From: Lingula anatina
Lineage: Eukaryota > Animalia > Brachiopoda
NCBI GenBank assembly: GCA_051362555.1
Contig: CM120640.1
Span: 52,306,788 to 52,370,787, forward strand
Direction of reading: 5' to 3'
DNA length: 64,000 nt
Under the pieces are notes generated by a model, which was not told the origin of the DNA, searched no databases, and saw nothing but the letters and a program-made list of their open reading frames with translations. Shown piece by piece: positions 36,701 through 51,900 of this stretch (the stretch's first letter is position 1; each line of letters begins with the position of its first letter). A program made the position numbers and the translations under genes.

Positions 36701-38679
36701 ACAAAAACATGTCACAATTTATATTTCATCTAGAAAATTTCAACTTACTCAGGTAATAATATGTTTCCCCTGGGACAAACTGATATTCTGATTGAGGCAA
36801 AGGGGAAAAGGCTGTCATTATGATTGAATAAAAAGATTCAGATCCATAGGGCTGACTGCAATTGATGATCCAGGCATTTCTGTTGGCATTTAAGCTACAG
36901 CCATCATATTCCTCCCTGGAAACCTGTAATATACAGCAGCAATATAATGAGGGAAAACAATCAAGTATCCATAATCACCCAACTCCCTTTTATCTGTGCT
37001 CAATTAAATTTTTATAATTTTTGTCTGGTCAGAGAAGTATAACTGGAATGGAAATGAAAGTCCTAAAGGCTTATCATCTGATGTATATTAAGGAGCAGGC
37101 CAAAGGCTATGTGTGACAGGCCAAAGTGAGGGGGGGGGGGGGGGTCACCTGTGGAAATCCACAGAATAGCCTATTAACTTGCGAGAAAACATGAGAAAAA
37201 AACCTTTGGTTATCAGCTCTCTATTAATAAGGAGCAATGATAATGCTGGAAATCGTCCCATCCACTACGTTTCATTTCCATTCAAGTTTTACTCTATGGT
37301 CTGGCAGAGAGTAGAGCTAATATTTATCTCAAATCAAAAGTTCAATACTGCCTGTGATTAGTCAAGATTTTCTGGTTCATTCATATCTGTGATGATTCAA
37401 ATTACTCGACATGAAAAATCTTCTGAAATTTTAGAACCTTCTAAATATATGACAAATATCATCTTTCTTTTATATCTCCCCATTACCATCCCACCCAACT
37501 TTTCTTATTAACTGATTTCTTCAATTACTCATTTTATTTCAGTTTTTATTTCAATCAATCATCTATTCACATGGTATAAGAACGGAACACATTTATATCC
37601 AGGTGCTCAATGAATTGGCTGGGTTTGGCTATGCTGAAATGAAGAAAATTATTAGACACTACCTTTGAATGGTTTATTTACTAAAGGTGTTTCTTACATA
37701 GTGTATTTCTCATTAAACACCTATTGAAAACTTTTCCTCATGCTTGGTGCATTTCCTGCAAGGCTATTTCTTGCCTCTGTTCCTTCCCATGCTGATAAGA
37801 TCAGCCTGCCTCTGCTTAGAGCAGGCAGAGCTATGAGTGCCATGACACAACCCCATCAGTGCATTGTGTTCCTTTCTTTCAATTGGAAACCACAATAAGG
37901 AAACCATTCACCAGGTGGGGCCGAATTATATAATAAAAGAAACCAACTTGCTCATAGTAATCCAACAGCACTGTTTTCATATTATCACCCACTGATTGCT
38001 ACTTAATATATTATTAATTCTTGCTCTGTGATTTGCAATTGATTGCCATCCCACTGAGAGTAACTGTACATAATTCATTAACACTGTACTTAAATTACAA
38101 TGCCACTGAGTTTAAGCAGACATACATCAATCATGTTCTCTTCTGAAATGAAGTTATTTAGAAGTAAGTGTTCATCTTTTTATCCACTAAATTGCAAATC
38201 TGTTACTTTTGCATTTCTAGAGTTTTACAATAATTTGATGGATTTATTCAACAGACCTGTAAAATAACACACATCCATCACTTTCTTCAAAATAACTGCA
38301 ATTTCATTTGAACTCAGAAAGGCTAAAATCTTTTATAGGATATGATACAAAAAGCAACTGCATTATGGGCACTTTGCATGATTATTAGATATATTTCATT
38401 TATAAAATATGGAATCTACTTTCACTTGAATTCTTTTAAACCAGTTGTCTCAAACCTAAATCATGACTGATTTAGAAAAAATAAAGAGTTTTAAAAATTC
38501 TTTAAAAGTAGGGACAACATACATCAAAAGTAAAAGCTATAAAAAGTTGACTTACTTGATAAATCACATAATATGCATCATTTGGATCTGTAATGGTGGA
38601 AGTGTATTTAGGGCAATGAAAGTCCACTACATCATTGATCCTTACTTCTATCACATGATCATTGTTACTAGTCTGGAAT
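30571..38679 (-). CDS. EFN: Ephrin (Eph ligand), 5'-partial; five coding exons; GPI-signal-like C-terminus
   Basis: Exons 38679-38556, 36694-36520, 35542-35438, 31315-31187 and 30713-30571 join in frame via GT-AG. Ephrin motifs INDVVDFHCP, VSKKEYDEC, INCSRP, LEFNEGMTYYYITTSTG, GACREKNMKIMLKVCC, with the four conserved Cys. Symbol is family-level. Confidence 0.9.
31187..31315 (-). CDS. EFN: Ephrin exon, Thr/Ser-rich stalk
   Basis: ttgcag|(T)ITTSTQSVSTTTTPTTTSSTTPTTTTTTLGTTKHKFTTTSSQ|gtaagt; phase 1 at both ends. Confidence 0.8.
34106..35216 (-). mobile_element. Non-autonomous piggyBac-like element in ephrin intron
   Basis: TTAA on both flanks (34102-34105, 35217-35220); termini ccccataggatcc / gggctctatgggg; subterminal accgcacatatgcggt near-palindrome; internal ~130-bp duplication. 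Confidence 0.75.
35438..35542 (-). CDS. EFN: Ephrin exon
   Basis: ttttag|(T)TSTGNLTGINNRRQGACREKNMKIMLKVCCDSST|gtaagt. Confidence 0.9.
36520..36694 (-). CDS. EFN: Ephrin exon
   Basis: ttacag|VSKKEYDECKLFENEPRRIEIINCSRPARTDLFTLLILPHTGIPGSLEFNEGMTYYYI|gtaagt. Confidence 0.92.
38556..38679 (-). CDS. EFN: Ephrin exon (first visible)
   Basis: ttgcag|A TTC CAG...: FQTSNNDHVIEVRINDVVDFHCPKYTSTITDPNDAYYVIYQ|gtaagt. Confidence 0.9.
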
Positions 38680-41600
38680 CTGCAAAGAGAAAAATGATCC
38701 AGATATAATTTCATCAAAAGCAGTGACGTTTTACATAACTCTTTTAATTGACCCAGCCAACTATATTTGTACTTGTATGAACATCCTTATTCAAAAGCTT
38801 AATATGATAGTTTATAAAAGTACATAATAGTACATGCACAGTCACGAAAGTTTATATTGAAGAGAACAATGAACAAAGGGAACAATTCAATAAACAACAT
38901 ATATGCATTATAATGTTCACTTGTTAGCAGCACACTGCATTTATAATATCATATGATAAAGAGAAAAAAAACAACAAATATCAGTTTTTCAGATTTCTAT
39001 CACTAATTCATTTAAATACTGATTAGCATAATTTTTGAGTGAAGCCAAATTCTGTCAATAGGTGTCAGCACTAACAGTTCAGCCTTTATGTCAGTTTTAT
39101 TGGCTTTTATTTTACCATAATGTAGAATCCATAACCCAATATTTAGACTTAATTAAGCAATTGTGGTTACAAAAATTACAGGAAATGCAATTGTAATGCC
39201 ATTGTCTTGAACACTACTTATTGCCATCCTAAATAACACCGAAAAGGAAGCAGTAAAGGAAACCCCTTGGATTCTTTATAAGAGGGAGTAGAAAACTTTT
39301 TCTGGTGAGAGAATATCACATTCAACCATTAAACCTTTCATCAATATCACTAAGATATTATCAAAACTGATCATTGCATAAGAGAAAAATGTCTCACAAC
39401 TTTTCTGGGTACAAGCGCCTACCTAGCATAACAGTCAGGCTATCAGTTCAATCTTTTCCTTCCGGCTATTTTGCTAAAGACACCCATTTATTCTTCAGTT
39501 AAAGAATAAGGCCTATACTTATGTGCATTATAAGTGCCTGATATGCTGCATGCTATCTAGCTATTCATAATTCGCCTCTTCAATGACCAGTTTAATAGTT
39601 TAATGTTAACACATTTTGGCCTATAGCTATGGAAACTGTCCAAAGACAACCATTCGGCTGCCCAGTGTCCATGTCTAACTGGACACTTTTAGTGGTGGGC
39701 TGAAGAAATATAAGAGCAGGAGACAGAATGTCCATTCTACAAAACTAAAGGCCAACTTGTTTATCTAAATATATTCAAACTGTAGACATCTGGATTTAGG
39801 ACAATATCTCCCAGTTTGAGCTTTCAAATTTGGCGAGGGCTCGTGTATCTAAATTGGCCACAGGCAAAAGTTACTGTTATGTGAAATGCATTCAAGCTGC
39901 AACAAAAACCCATACAGGTGATGCAGCTTCAAATTTCAAATCATTACAGAGACCAAGTATTATTCTATTTTCTTGGTCATGTACCCTATGACCTCTCAAA
40001 CAAACCGGTTGAATGGATCCAGCTTTGAATTCAACATGGAGGACAAACAATCTGTATTTGTGGTCAGTAATTTGCCCAAACAGGATAGAAACAATGTTTC
40101 TGTAAACCATGTTCCACAAAGGATTTGTATTGACCCTGGACAACCACCTTTCTGACACCTTCCACCATCTTTTGCAAAAAAAAAACCCAGAGAAAGTTTA
40201 ACCAATAGTCTCACAAGGGAGCAGAATGTTCTGCCGAAAATTGGATAACATACCTAGTTGCCTTTCACTATCTAACCACAAGAAATGGGCCCAATGTTGC
40301 AGGATTTTTTAGCACTCCATGCAAAAACAAGCAGTCAAAGCTGAAGTTAATACTATTTGACTGTTTGATCCCCAGCCCCTGATCTCATACATGTAACCCT
40401 GCTGACCTGTCTAAAGAGTCTTACAACTAGCTGCTGCGTGTGGGGGACAATGGATCTAGGGATGACCTTCTCAAAACTTCGCCCTTTACACTTCTCTGCA
40501 TAGCCAACCCATTTGAAAAAGTTAAAACTGCTCATTTAAATAAGCAAATATTTCTTCTTGAATTAATTGTAAAAATTAATCAAATCTGGCATATATTTCT
40601 TTCTTGTATGCAAAATTGGTGGGAGCTATATGAACATTTTGTTCCAATTGTTGTCATACGCTTTCAAAGTAATAAGACATTCTTCATATACAGCAGCATG
40701 TAAAATACACTGAATCGTTTTATGTTAAAATTTCAGTGAAAATGAAAGAATATAAGTTTTGCACTGGTAAAATATCTGAGGTGGAAACATTACTGTGCTG
40801 GCCTTTGTAATTTCCTTGTTATCTACCAAATCTAATAAACCTATTATAATAGTCTTGGGAAGATGAGTCAAATGTTCTAAGTGACCAACTTGAAGAATAT
40901 CATTCCTCCTTCCCCTTCTCAAATCCCAATTTCAATGTATTTTTGTATCTTTCAATATTTAAATCATCTAAAAGTTGACCATGTTATATATAAGCAGCCT
41001 CATTCCAACCAAACTCACTCCAGTATTGACGCCTTCTACATTAAAGACACTACATACCAAACCATATGCATATGTGATGGGAATAATAAACCTTCTGTTT
41101 TTAATCAATTAATATTCAGATCACTTTACCACCTAAAATATCCTAAGTGGTTAACCATAAAACTCCTTGAAGCAAATCTGTACCTTATCCCTTTGGCCAG
41201 AATTGATAAGTGAAATTTATGGGGCTTGAAAATACCATGGCACTGGCTATTATCAACTTAGATAACACAATTACCAGTACCATGATGACTGTAATCATAT
41301 TCTGTCCACAAAGATGCATCTGAGAGGTTGCAATTACAAGACAGCAGGGTCTAATGATCACTGATTACAGAACCTAAAGTCATTTATTTTAATGAGGTCT
41401 GTAACATATGGCCGACCTCTCAGCCTGGAATTTATTTACTCCTTATGTTTTTGAGAGTGACAGAAAATTCTATCTGTTAATAACCATGTTGTTTATGACT
41501 GATATGTGTCTGAATATAACATATGACAGCTTTCAATTCCATTTAGTTAACAACAATGGAATTTGATGTATATACAATTCATTTAGAAACTATCCAGAAA

Positions 41601-44600
41601 TATAAAGTTCCAAACACAGCAGTCTGTAAATGTGTTCAAGACAGAATTATTGTTCCACAACACTAAGCCTTTCTCCCAAGGTGCCAAACTCCCTCAGCTT
41701 TGATAGGTTCAGGCCCAGAGAGCTGCTATGCTCAAGGAAGCTTGGTGACAACACAGCAAGGTGTGAGGCAGCAAAGCAGCAAGATCCTGTTCTCTTCAAT
41801 TTAACCCACAAAGTGGTAAAAGCCAACAAAATTATAACCTCAGCTTCACAGCACATTTTACACTGCTCAGCAAGTATTTTTTCTTCCTTGAAAGCAGCCA
41901 AAAAAGTAGTGATGACAGAAAAGGAGCTGGCTGATATATAAGCTGTATTGGTCTATGTAAAAATCTATGCTGTACTTTTGGGTCCTGGCATGTTTCTATG
42001 GTTCACTGATTTGCAGACATTTCCATCAGTCTGCCCCAATTTAAGTGGATGTCTTGCTTTTAAAATAATATTTTTACCAGTTGAAAGCATTTGGTTCCTT
42101 TTAAGATAACATTTTAAGAGAATTTTACCTGAAAAAATTAACTGCTGAGCTTGCAGCCAACAAGTTTTCTATTATCAAGTTCTCTCAGGTTCATTCTAAA
42201 AGAGACAGCACCTACTTTGGAAAATGGAGACAATACCAACTTTATATTCGACCACATAAGACATGTTAACATATCTAAGCCCAGATAATCTTATCTGTGA
42301 AGTGATGTTAGGGCATGGGAGTCACCAATGCACTTGCTGATGTCTCCAAATCAGTCAACCTGCTGTCTGTCACAGCAAATTGACAACATCATTTAAAACA
42401 ACCCACCAGTCTGTAAGATCTTTTGACCTCTAGACATAAAACATGACAACATTGTACATCACTATGCACAATAAAGTATAGTCCTACCAGATATAGAGGG
42501 GTACAGGTAGAACTAAATAGCAGTGTAAGAAGTGATAATTAAAATGATCTGAAGACATGCCACGTATATGCAATTGGCCAGACATGGCCTCTAGATTTTT
42601 CAAGAAATAGCAAGCAAACTCTTTGATAACAAAAGAACCAGTGTCTATGTATGTATTAATGTAGATGGGGAAAAAAAAACATGACTGGGATGACCTAGTA
42701 TCTAACACACATTTCAGTTCACATAAAGCCATCATCCCGTAGCCACACCTATGACAATAGACAGGTGAGGGAATTGGATAGAGAGAAATTTGATGAGAGA
42801 GTATTGTTCCAGTGTCATTATGGAGCTCCCAATGCTGTACTGGTATTGAGTACAGTAAGCAGCGGTGATTAGCACTGTTGTATGTGCACCACAGTGTGTG
42901 TCAAGAGGAGAAACTTGTCCACATGCCTCTTCAGTCTATATAAAAGAAAGTGAGACAACTAGTTTTCATCTCTCTGGAATGCCAGCCCTTGTTCCACTGA
43001 AGTGATGATGGAAGGGGAGGAGGAGGGGGCAAGTTTAGTCATTCTGACATTAAGTTACAGACCTGAATAAATCATTGAACTGCTTTGTATTCATCAATAC
43101 ACCATAATACATCTACAAAGGGGCTAAACACTATAAACTTATGCGTCAGATTTTATTTGAGACCTAAAATTCCAGTCTCATTTCCTCTTTTCTTAATCAC
43201 TACCATTTGTTATCTGTTTGATCTCCTTGCTCCCTGTACAGTGACACTATGAACTTAGGAGGTTCTATCAAAATGTCCAGATCTTCCTTAAGACAGAGGT
43301 CCTTGTGATATCCCTGCCATTTGGTATGCATGAGAAGCAAAGGCACACTATTTTGCCTGTGACCTGCTATTACCAATGTCCACTCATTGGACATTAAATA
43401 GACTGACCACTCAGTCCAGGTTTGGAAAATCTATTTAGATGGAGACCCTGTGAACTAATGAATGATATTCGTTGTCACTGATTACTCTCTAAATCACCTT
43501 CGGAGACTCACTTGACAATAAAATCTTTATCAACATTTAATGTGTTTTTTCTTTGATGTTATTGGGAATGTACATGGTGAAATGTGCCTGTCAGGAAAAA
43601 TAAATTTGTCTGCCACAGTGCTCATTACTCAGTGTGGAATTTCCCATTCTGGTCCTGGAGCCCTCCCTTTTTCTTAATGTAAGCGTCATGGAAGCAGCTA
43701 GATGGGGAGAAACTCTTTTTAAAACTACTCACTTCAAAAATAAATTAAAAACTTTCAATATGAACACATTTCAGAAATGTTATTCAATGTTCAAAAAAGA
43801 ATTGGAAAAAATGAACTGAAAATTTGTTTCTTATAATCCAAAATTGTATTTTCTTTGTCAGTAAAAAAGCATCATTAAGAACCAACCATCCCATAGAGCC
43901 ACAACTATTTCTGGAATAAATAAATCTATCAACACTAGATAAATTAATGATGTGTTTATAGAGCTTGAAAAATCTATATGGGTGTATGCATTTCTTAGTG
44001 AGTGTTCTTTTTCTTTGATATCCAAAATTTGGCAAAAGCAACCTTTCAGTGATGAAATGAAATGCCCCATTAAAAACTTCACTGCTTTATTTATCAAGTT
44101 CTGTTAAGGTATTGAACTGAAATACTTTATGTATATTTTCAAAGAATAAATAGCTTTTTAACTTTGAAAAAAATTACATTAAAAAAGCAGTATCATATTC
44201 ATTCCCTTATTTTCAAGCACAAATTCTTTTAATACTAGTGCTTTTAACAGTATTATTATTTATCATAAAAAGTCACAGTTATCTGAAGTGAAAGCACTGT
44301 AGTAGGTCACTATTTATTGTATAATTCCTGCCATAGTATCAAAAATGACAGCAGATTTTGTTCAATATGTTGTGTAATCTCCCAGCATACTCCACCAATG
44401 ACTCCCAGCGAAAGATGATTATTTTGATATAAATAGTAATCTGGGGTACTGAAAATAAGAGCCCCTACACAAAGAAACTGGCAGATGTTGAATTATCTGG
44501 AGTCATCAGTGAATTTTTTTCAACGTATTTACACTTTCTTCTAGATATTAAAACATAAATGTATTCATTTTGTTTTTTATATTTTAATCTATATATCTAT

Positions 44601-44895
44601 GTTAAATATTATACACTTTGCACAAAAAATGTCCAAGAAAAAACTTTTTTGTTTAAGTGTTGCCTCTGGAGAATCTCTAAGTTGCTATGCTTCTCCGGTT
44701 TTCTGAAAGCAGGAATGCCACAGCTACCATCTTTATAAAAGAAGCATCTAAAAACTTCCAAGTGTTATGACAGAAGAATGCATCAGAACAAATGCTAGCC
44801 AGAAGCAAGACGTCTTCATTACAGAAAAAGAAATGTAAGCAACCACACCATACACTCTTAACTTCAAACCAGGAACCTAAACCAGTGCTCAGTGC

Positions 44896-44900
<5 letters not shown>

Positions 44901-44956
<56 letters not shown>
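44901..44956. repeat. (TG)n microsatellite
   Basis: About 28 TG units. Confidence 0.95.
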
Positions 44957-44957
<1 letters not shown>

Positions 44958-45756
44958 ATTCGGGAGACTAAAACCAGAATACATAGCTTAGAGACTTAAA
45001 ATCTTGGCATTTTTAGCAAATGCTGTAAGTGCTTTCCCATTTGCTGGCCATTTTTCATCTGTCTCAAAAAATGATAAACCAGTGAAGAAATATAATGCAG
45101 GGCTTCTCAATTCCCTTGTAATCAGTGACTGAAGGTGAAGTTAAAGAAATAAATCACCAGGGAATATGGAAAATACACACAATTAATGTGGTACATTATA
45201 GGAATCGGGCAAGAACAGTTGCTAAAATAACATTGGTTTTTAGATGTCATTATTTTCAAAGCCAATTACGATTTTTTTCTCCCTTTCAAAGCTATTAATG
45301 TCTGCCAATTTTTTCTTTTCTTACTCAGCAATCAGATTTTGCAGGTTCAGGTTTTCAATGAAAGGCTGCTCACTGATGACTGTGCACTCGCCCAATCAAT
45401 TATTTTCCGACAACAAAACAGAAAGGAAAGATGGCAGCATTGCACATGGACAATTAGTTAGACCACAGTACACACAATAGTTGTAATAGATTTGATGATG
45501 AGCAAATGATCTATCAAGACAACCACTTACCACAACACACAAGAAACAAGGACTGATAACACCCACTGCTCATTCAAAACTTTTCAATTAATTTTCCATT
45601 ACTCATAAAAAGTTCTCTTGCAATTAGAAGAATCATCCAACCATGATGGCACAGTTTGTGGGATTGATGTAAAGATGACGTAGTGTTAATAATTTTTAAA
45701 GTGGATAGTTTCACCTGGAATATATAATCCCTGACAATTTGATAATTATGTATAAA

Positions 45757-45906
45757 TCTTTTAAACTCAAATTGAAAACATTTTGTGATAATGGATGTAT
45801 TTTCAAATAAAAACCAAACTATCTTTTTGTCTCTTTTAAACTCAAATTGAAAACATTTTGTGATAAAGGATGTACTTTCAAATAAAAAAAACAAATCTTT
45901 TTGTCT
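45757..45906. repeat. Tandem duplication, ~75-bp unit x2
   Basis: tcttttaaactcaaattgaaaacattttgtgataa... starts at 45757 and again at 45832, with a few mismatches. Confidence 0.9.
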
Positions 45907-48900
45907 GGCCACTAGTTTCACAAAATAAATTGTCTCCTCCGTGGTGAACCAGATGGAAAATGTTCCTGTAACAGTTTCAGACTTTCAACTTTCCTGACAG
46001 ATCACTGATAACCAAGCCACCTTCTTCTACTTTACAATAAATCCATTACATCAAATTATAGCAAAGTAATGGTGAAGTTATTTTAAGATTCAAACTAGCA
46101 ACAACAGAAACACTATATGCCTTGATAAGAAAGTATTGAGTTGCAAAAAGAAAAATAAATATTGAAAAAGAAAGACAAGGCCAAGGAAAATTATATTCTG
46201 TGTACAGTTTTCTTTAAAATGAGCAACAAGCTTATACTATTTTTTCTCTTTTTTAGTCAACCCAGCACATACATATGCACTTAGGTCAATAAAATTAATA
46301 TGCCTTGCTGTTTTAAGACATCACATACATGCTTTTTTCTCAGCTACTTTTTTATCATGCCCCCTCCCCCAAATATTTTTTATATATGTGGACAGCTGAA
46401 CCTGGGGTCTGACATTTCCATACTGCAAGAGAATTCCTGTCCAGCTACTGAACCTGAAAATTCAGTATTTCTGGTTATAAGAACTATCCCAAAGGTCACC
46501 AGGAACCAAGAGGTAGGAGGTTTAAACCTTGGTTCACTGCTAATTAATTAATGCAAGTCTAAACTTAAAGTCAAGCCCATAAATGTCTCTTTTCTAACAA
46601 GCAGCACACTATGATGATAAGCATGTAATAACTTAATTGGCTGTATCTTTGAGTGAGTTTTCAGTGTTTTTAGGTTACAGAGCATGACAGAGTTTTGTAC
46701 TGGGGTATTGTTTATAAATACAGCTTGTGTATGTATTTGTGACCATTGGCATGGTAGCTGTGATCCAAGCGGAAAGTACTTGAGAAGAGAAATACAGTAA
46801 GATGAGCTCCAGTTTTCAATCAAACTAGAGGTCAAGTTGGATGGAATGTCTAGACACACAAAGAACAAGCTGAATCTGACAGGTTACATCTGCTGCTTCA
46901 CACACAGACGACTTTGTGTAATTTCTAATCTCAGTCCCTTGACTAAATAAATTCCACACTCATGTCATTCCTGATACTACACAGAAGGAAAAAAGTCAAT
47001 CAAAAGCCATTTTAACACTTACAATTCTTGTAATACCAAAGACATGCCAAAGATATGAGACCATTACTGCTTACATATATTCTGACTTAGTAAAAAATTA
47101 AAAAGTCATGTCTCCCTTAATTCAAGATCAAAACATCTGTCTAGAAGATGTTTATTTATAATTGTAGCAGAGAAAAAAATTAACAACAGTACTACTTCCA
47201 CTTTTTTTAAGAGTCAGTAACATGGCTAGAGGCAAGTGTGCTAGACCTGCTCCAATCCTACACCTGACTGCTGAAAGGTGTTGTTATATTCAGTCAAGTA
47301 TGTCTACTGGGTTTTGTGACTTTCCTCTGATTTTTGCAGCTGTTGGCAGATACTCTATACTGTACACCAGTTGCTGAGATATAATGTTATGAGGAAACAG
47401 GCAATGTGCTGAAATCTTGCATGGAGAGAAAACGTGTTGCAAAACTGTGAAGTCAAAGAAAATAAGTATTCTCCAACAGCCCTGCATGACCGTAATTTGT
47501 CACTGAAATTTTGGTTAAATTTTTTTGCCAGAGAATGAAAAGACATCTTGTTAACATAATTAATTCCGTCATCAATCACATAGATTGCTAGCTACAGAGA
47601 CCCACACTGAGATGGAAAAAAACTTTTTTCATGAAACTTGTGCAAAAGACAATCGAATATACACTTATTTGTAACAAAACTGAAGAGAATATCATGCATA
47701 CAAAATTCAGTGTGAGCCTTAAATGTGAGAAAACATTGCACCCTGTGTCATTTCTTTGTCGCCAACCAACTAGATCTCCCACAGGCAGAGAGCTGCCAAA
47801 CAAATCTAGTGAGGCAATGCTAATATTACCAATTCCACCACACACCTGGTTAAAATAGGTGTCACCCCACCTTCCAGATCAAGAAAATGGCTACCTGCCC
47901 TCTCAGAAATAAGTTAACTCCTGCCAACATGTCGCGCCTGTCACAGACAAGTTTATTAATGAGAATTTAACTTAAACGGGACACACTATCTTTTAAATCC
48001 CTGAACAGACTGACAATTCTAAAGTCCTGTCCCAGAGCAAACAAAGACGACAGGGCTTCCAACAATATTCACCTTGTTGTGCACAAACTTAAGTCAAAGA
48101 AGTGCATAAGCCAAAAATTGTTCACAAACAATGGGGGGTTCATTGAAAAAGCACCTAAGCTTATAGCTTCAATGGATAAGCATGGGCTGCTTTTCAGTCC
48201 AACGGATCCGATCACTTCAGGAGGTTGAAGGTAAAACACAAAGGCCCATGTCCTTAGAGGCCAAGGGTAGAAACTTTAAAAAACACTCCAACTGTATAAG
48301 CTATTTACACAAGAAAACAAACATTTTGCTGCTGCAGTTGTATTGTGTCCCCTTGCACAGTTCCAATGGGGTTCTTGGATTGTGTACCCAACGTGAACAG
48401 TAACAAAATCTAAGCCTATGAATTTAGCAGCTACTTCCACCTGCCTCTGTGAAAAGGAAATGGATTGACACAAGAGTTGTTGAAATTTCAAACCTGACTT
48501 CACGACAGACAGAAGAACTAAGTGTGAGAATTGTTCACCAACAAGCATTAACAAGAGTACAGCTTAGGTTGGATTTGTTGTTATGGATATCTAACAAAAC
48601 CAAAATTTAAACAAAGACAGGCTTTCAAACAAAACATTTTTGTAGTTAACTTCGACAGCTGTTGAGCAAACATGTGACTTACTTTGTAATGTATTCATGA
48701 TTGGTTTGCTTAGCAAGGAAAAGTATTTATCAAAGAAAGTGCAATCCTAGATAAACCCTTATTAATGAGAATGAAAGAATTGTAATTTTTTCCTTATTAA
48801 TGTCTCAACCACTGACACTATGTTCTCTTGGACAGATATTCTGAAATTCCTAATATACATGGAATGCAGTTGCTATTTTGTTGTTAAGAGTATAAAATTT

Positions 48901-51900
48901 GTACATGTTTAATAACCATTAACACCACAGAGCTTAATATGAAGACAAACAAAAGACTGATGTCTGAAGGGATTACATGTGTCTGCTCAGTGACTTTGTG
49001 TTGCCACTACAAAGACTTTCACCGAAACCATCAAATATTGAACTGTAGGGCTGGTCCTTTTTGTTTCACTACAACATCCAAACTTAAAACAAACCATGTG
49101 GTGGTCAATGGCCGCCCCTCAATCATTATGTCCTGCTTCAAGGAGGGATTAAAAGTTTAAATGCTTGTCCATAACCGAGCCATAATGGTTTAACACATAC
49201 CTGGTAATTGATTTCTTTTGATATGACTGGAGGAAAAAGATGAAAGGATGATAAAATGGTTAAAGTATCTTACAAGGGAATTAGGAGACTAGGCAAGGGA
49301 TTAACTTGTAGTTATGTACAAGTCAATAGTGCTTGGGCGGGGTAGTGCAATTCTGTATTGTAATAAGAGTAAGGGTATTAATTTATTAATGGTAAGCTAT
49401 GGGTATGATCCTTGAAGTAAAATAAATTTTTTTCAACAAATCTGTATTTAGAATAACGCTTTTCTTTCCTCCTCTTTTCTATATTTAACCCAATCAATTT
49501 GGTTTCCAATTATGACTGCAAAGTCCTAATAGCCAACAGGAAGACATTATGCTCTGTTAAAGCAGTATATATATCCACAGGGCAAAACAGAGGCCTGAAC
49601 CAGTCAATCATCTGATCAGACCCACAACACCTCGAACAATCTAAAAGTTTTGCATACATTGACAAGTGTTAAGTAGACCCAATTCAGAGATCTACCTGCA
49701 GAATTCCCAGCAGACTCTCTCACCTGGTTCTGAACCCCTTTTGATCAAAGTTAACCATCATCAGCATCACCAAATCTCTCCCAATTAATCCACGCTGTTT
49801 ATTTGACCAGTTATTGCTGCCAATCAGGATGCGCTTCAGCTGCAGCCATTAACCAACCTGAACTAAAGACACATGGGGCTAGACAAAACACATGTACTGG
49901 CCAGGAACTGACCGGTATGGAGGGTGAAAGAGTAATCGGACCTTTTGGAGTATATTTTCTTTACACATTAGCTCCACCCCTGAGTATAATGTGTACATTC
50001 TCAAAACTTAGGTAAAACACAGGCCCATGCTGGCAGTACAGTAACAGCTTGGTGAAAATTGGAAACCTATACTTGCAATAAAGATTTTTGAGCATAATCA
50101 TTGTAAGAATACTGACAGTAGTTCCAGTTTCATTTTCTACAACAGTATCTTCTAATACAGCCACTGTTTCAACAGAGAAAAGAACTTTGGTTCATTGTGT
50201 TGTATCCAGACTTTTAACATGTGTAGAACCTGTCCTGTCAGAGCTGTCAAGCAGAGAAATCTGCTGATGAATTAACCTAGTAGACTTCTGCTATGTCTTA
50301 TGTTGCTATCACCTTCAGTGTAAAAAACAGCAATGAAAGAACTGAGGCCTTTTTGATGAAATCATGACACGACATGCTCATCTTCCCCGGTGAATAAAAA
50401 AACCCTGCAGAGACCCTAATGAGAAAATATCAATCCCAAACCTCAAATTACACTATGTTTAATGAAAGTTGGCCCTCGTTTTCACCTGCCCTGTTCAGAT
50501 GTGCCAGCACAAGGAGGATAATGCTCACACTCCCTGTAACACTACTCCTGTCATTTTAATAATCTTGTCAAACCATAACATCCACAATCACATGCTTTCA
50601 AAAACAAGCCGCAACCTGATCAAGGAATCAAAGCTATGGCGGCACATTCATTTCCCGTTGTGCCCTATACATTGTCACTCAAACAATACGGTCAGGGCTA
50701 TGCATGGAAAGCCATCTCCTCCAACAAAAGATGGGCAATGGAGCAGTGACAAAAAAGGTGGCTGAATTACTCCAACTTCAGATTTATGACTCAGATCAAG
50801 TGATTTAAAAACACTGGCAACAGGTATCAGTGACAGAATCTTTCAAATATCAAAACACAGGTACAACAAACATGGCTGCCCGAACAAAAGGTCCAGCAAA
50901 TAAGATGAACAGTTTATGATGGTGATAGTAATTGGCACAACTATAGTCTAACATTGAGGCATGATTATGGTTTGACCCCTTTATAGCCCAACAATACTTT
51001 GCCATCATTGGGTGGCCATTAAATATTTCAATCTTCTACCAATAGCATCTATTTCAAGTAATACTACTTGCCACTGGTTACAAAAACATTAAAATGTCAC
51101 ATTCCATTGAAATTAAACTAAAACTTCTAGGTTCCCATTTAATAATCAGATGCCATTAACTATACATTCGGGCTTAATTGCCCCAAACTTTTTTCAGTAT
51201 CTAGTCAGCATTTCCTGTGAGACAATTGAAGAAGCTACATCTGATTTGCAGGAATGCAAAAACAATTTAGCACAGAGCACTGACAGTGATGGTTTTTTAA
51301 TTGCAATCTGTGTGTCCTCCCCACTGCTAATGAATTCATTAATAGTTGTATGTGGTAGGCTGGATATATTAATGAGCTGACAGGATTCAGGTGCCATGAA
51401 ACTGGCCAACAGGAAATCAAACTGACCAGGACAGGCCCACCAGAACCACAAAAGACAAAACTGCTTGTAAATTTTGATACTCCTCTTTGACTTGACTTTC
51501 ATTCTCAGTCATTTATTTTCAAAACAGATTGTATTTGTTTATTTTTGTTCTCACTTTAACCAAAATAAGATAGACTGATATGATCAACCTTGTACAAGAA
51601 CAAAATGTTACTTCCTCTCTTTTACCCCCTGATCAATGACTGTCTTCCTCATCTATAATTTTCAACTTGACCAATCACCCTTGAACCCCTTTTTGGACTA
51701 GATTTAAAGTACATAAAGTACTGCTGTAACTTCCTCATTCAAAGTTTTAGTGTTTTACAATAGTAATTCATAACAGTCACCTGTACCATTTCTTAATGGC
51801 CATATTTCACTTCTTTCATCACCTCAGCACTTTATGATGGCAAACTCCAAAGAAGCAAGCCCCTACCACTCCAAGATTTATGTTAATTTTGAGCAAAAGG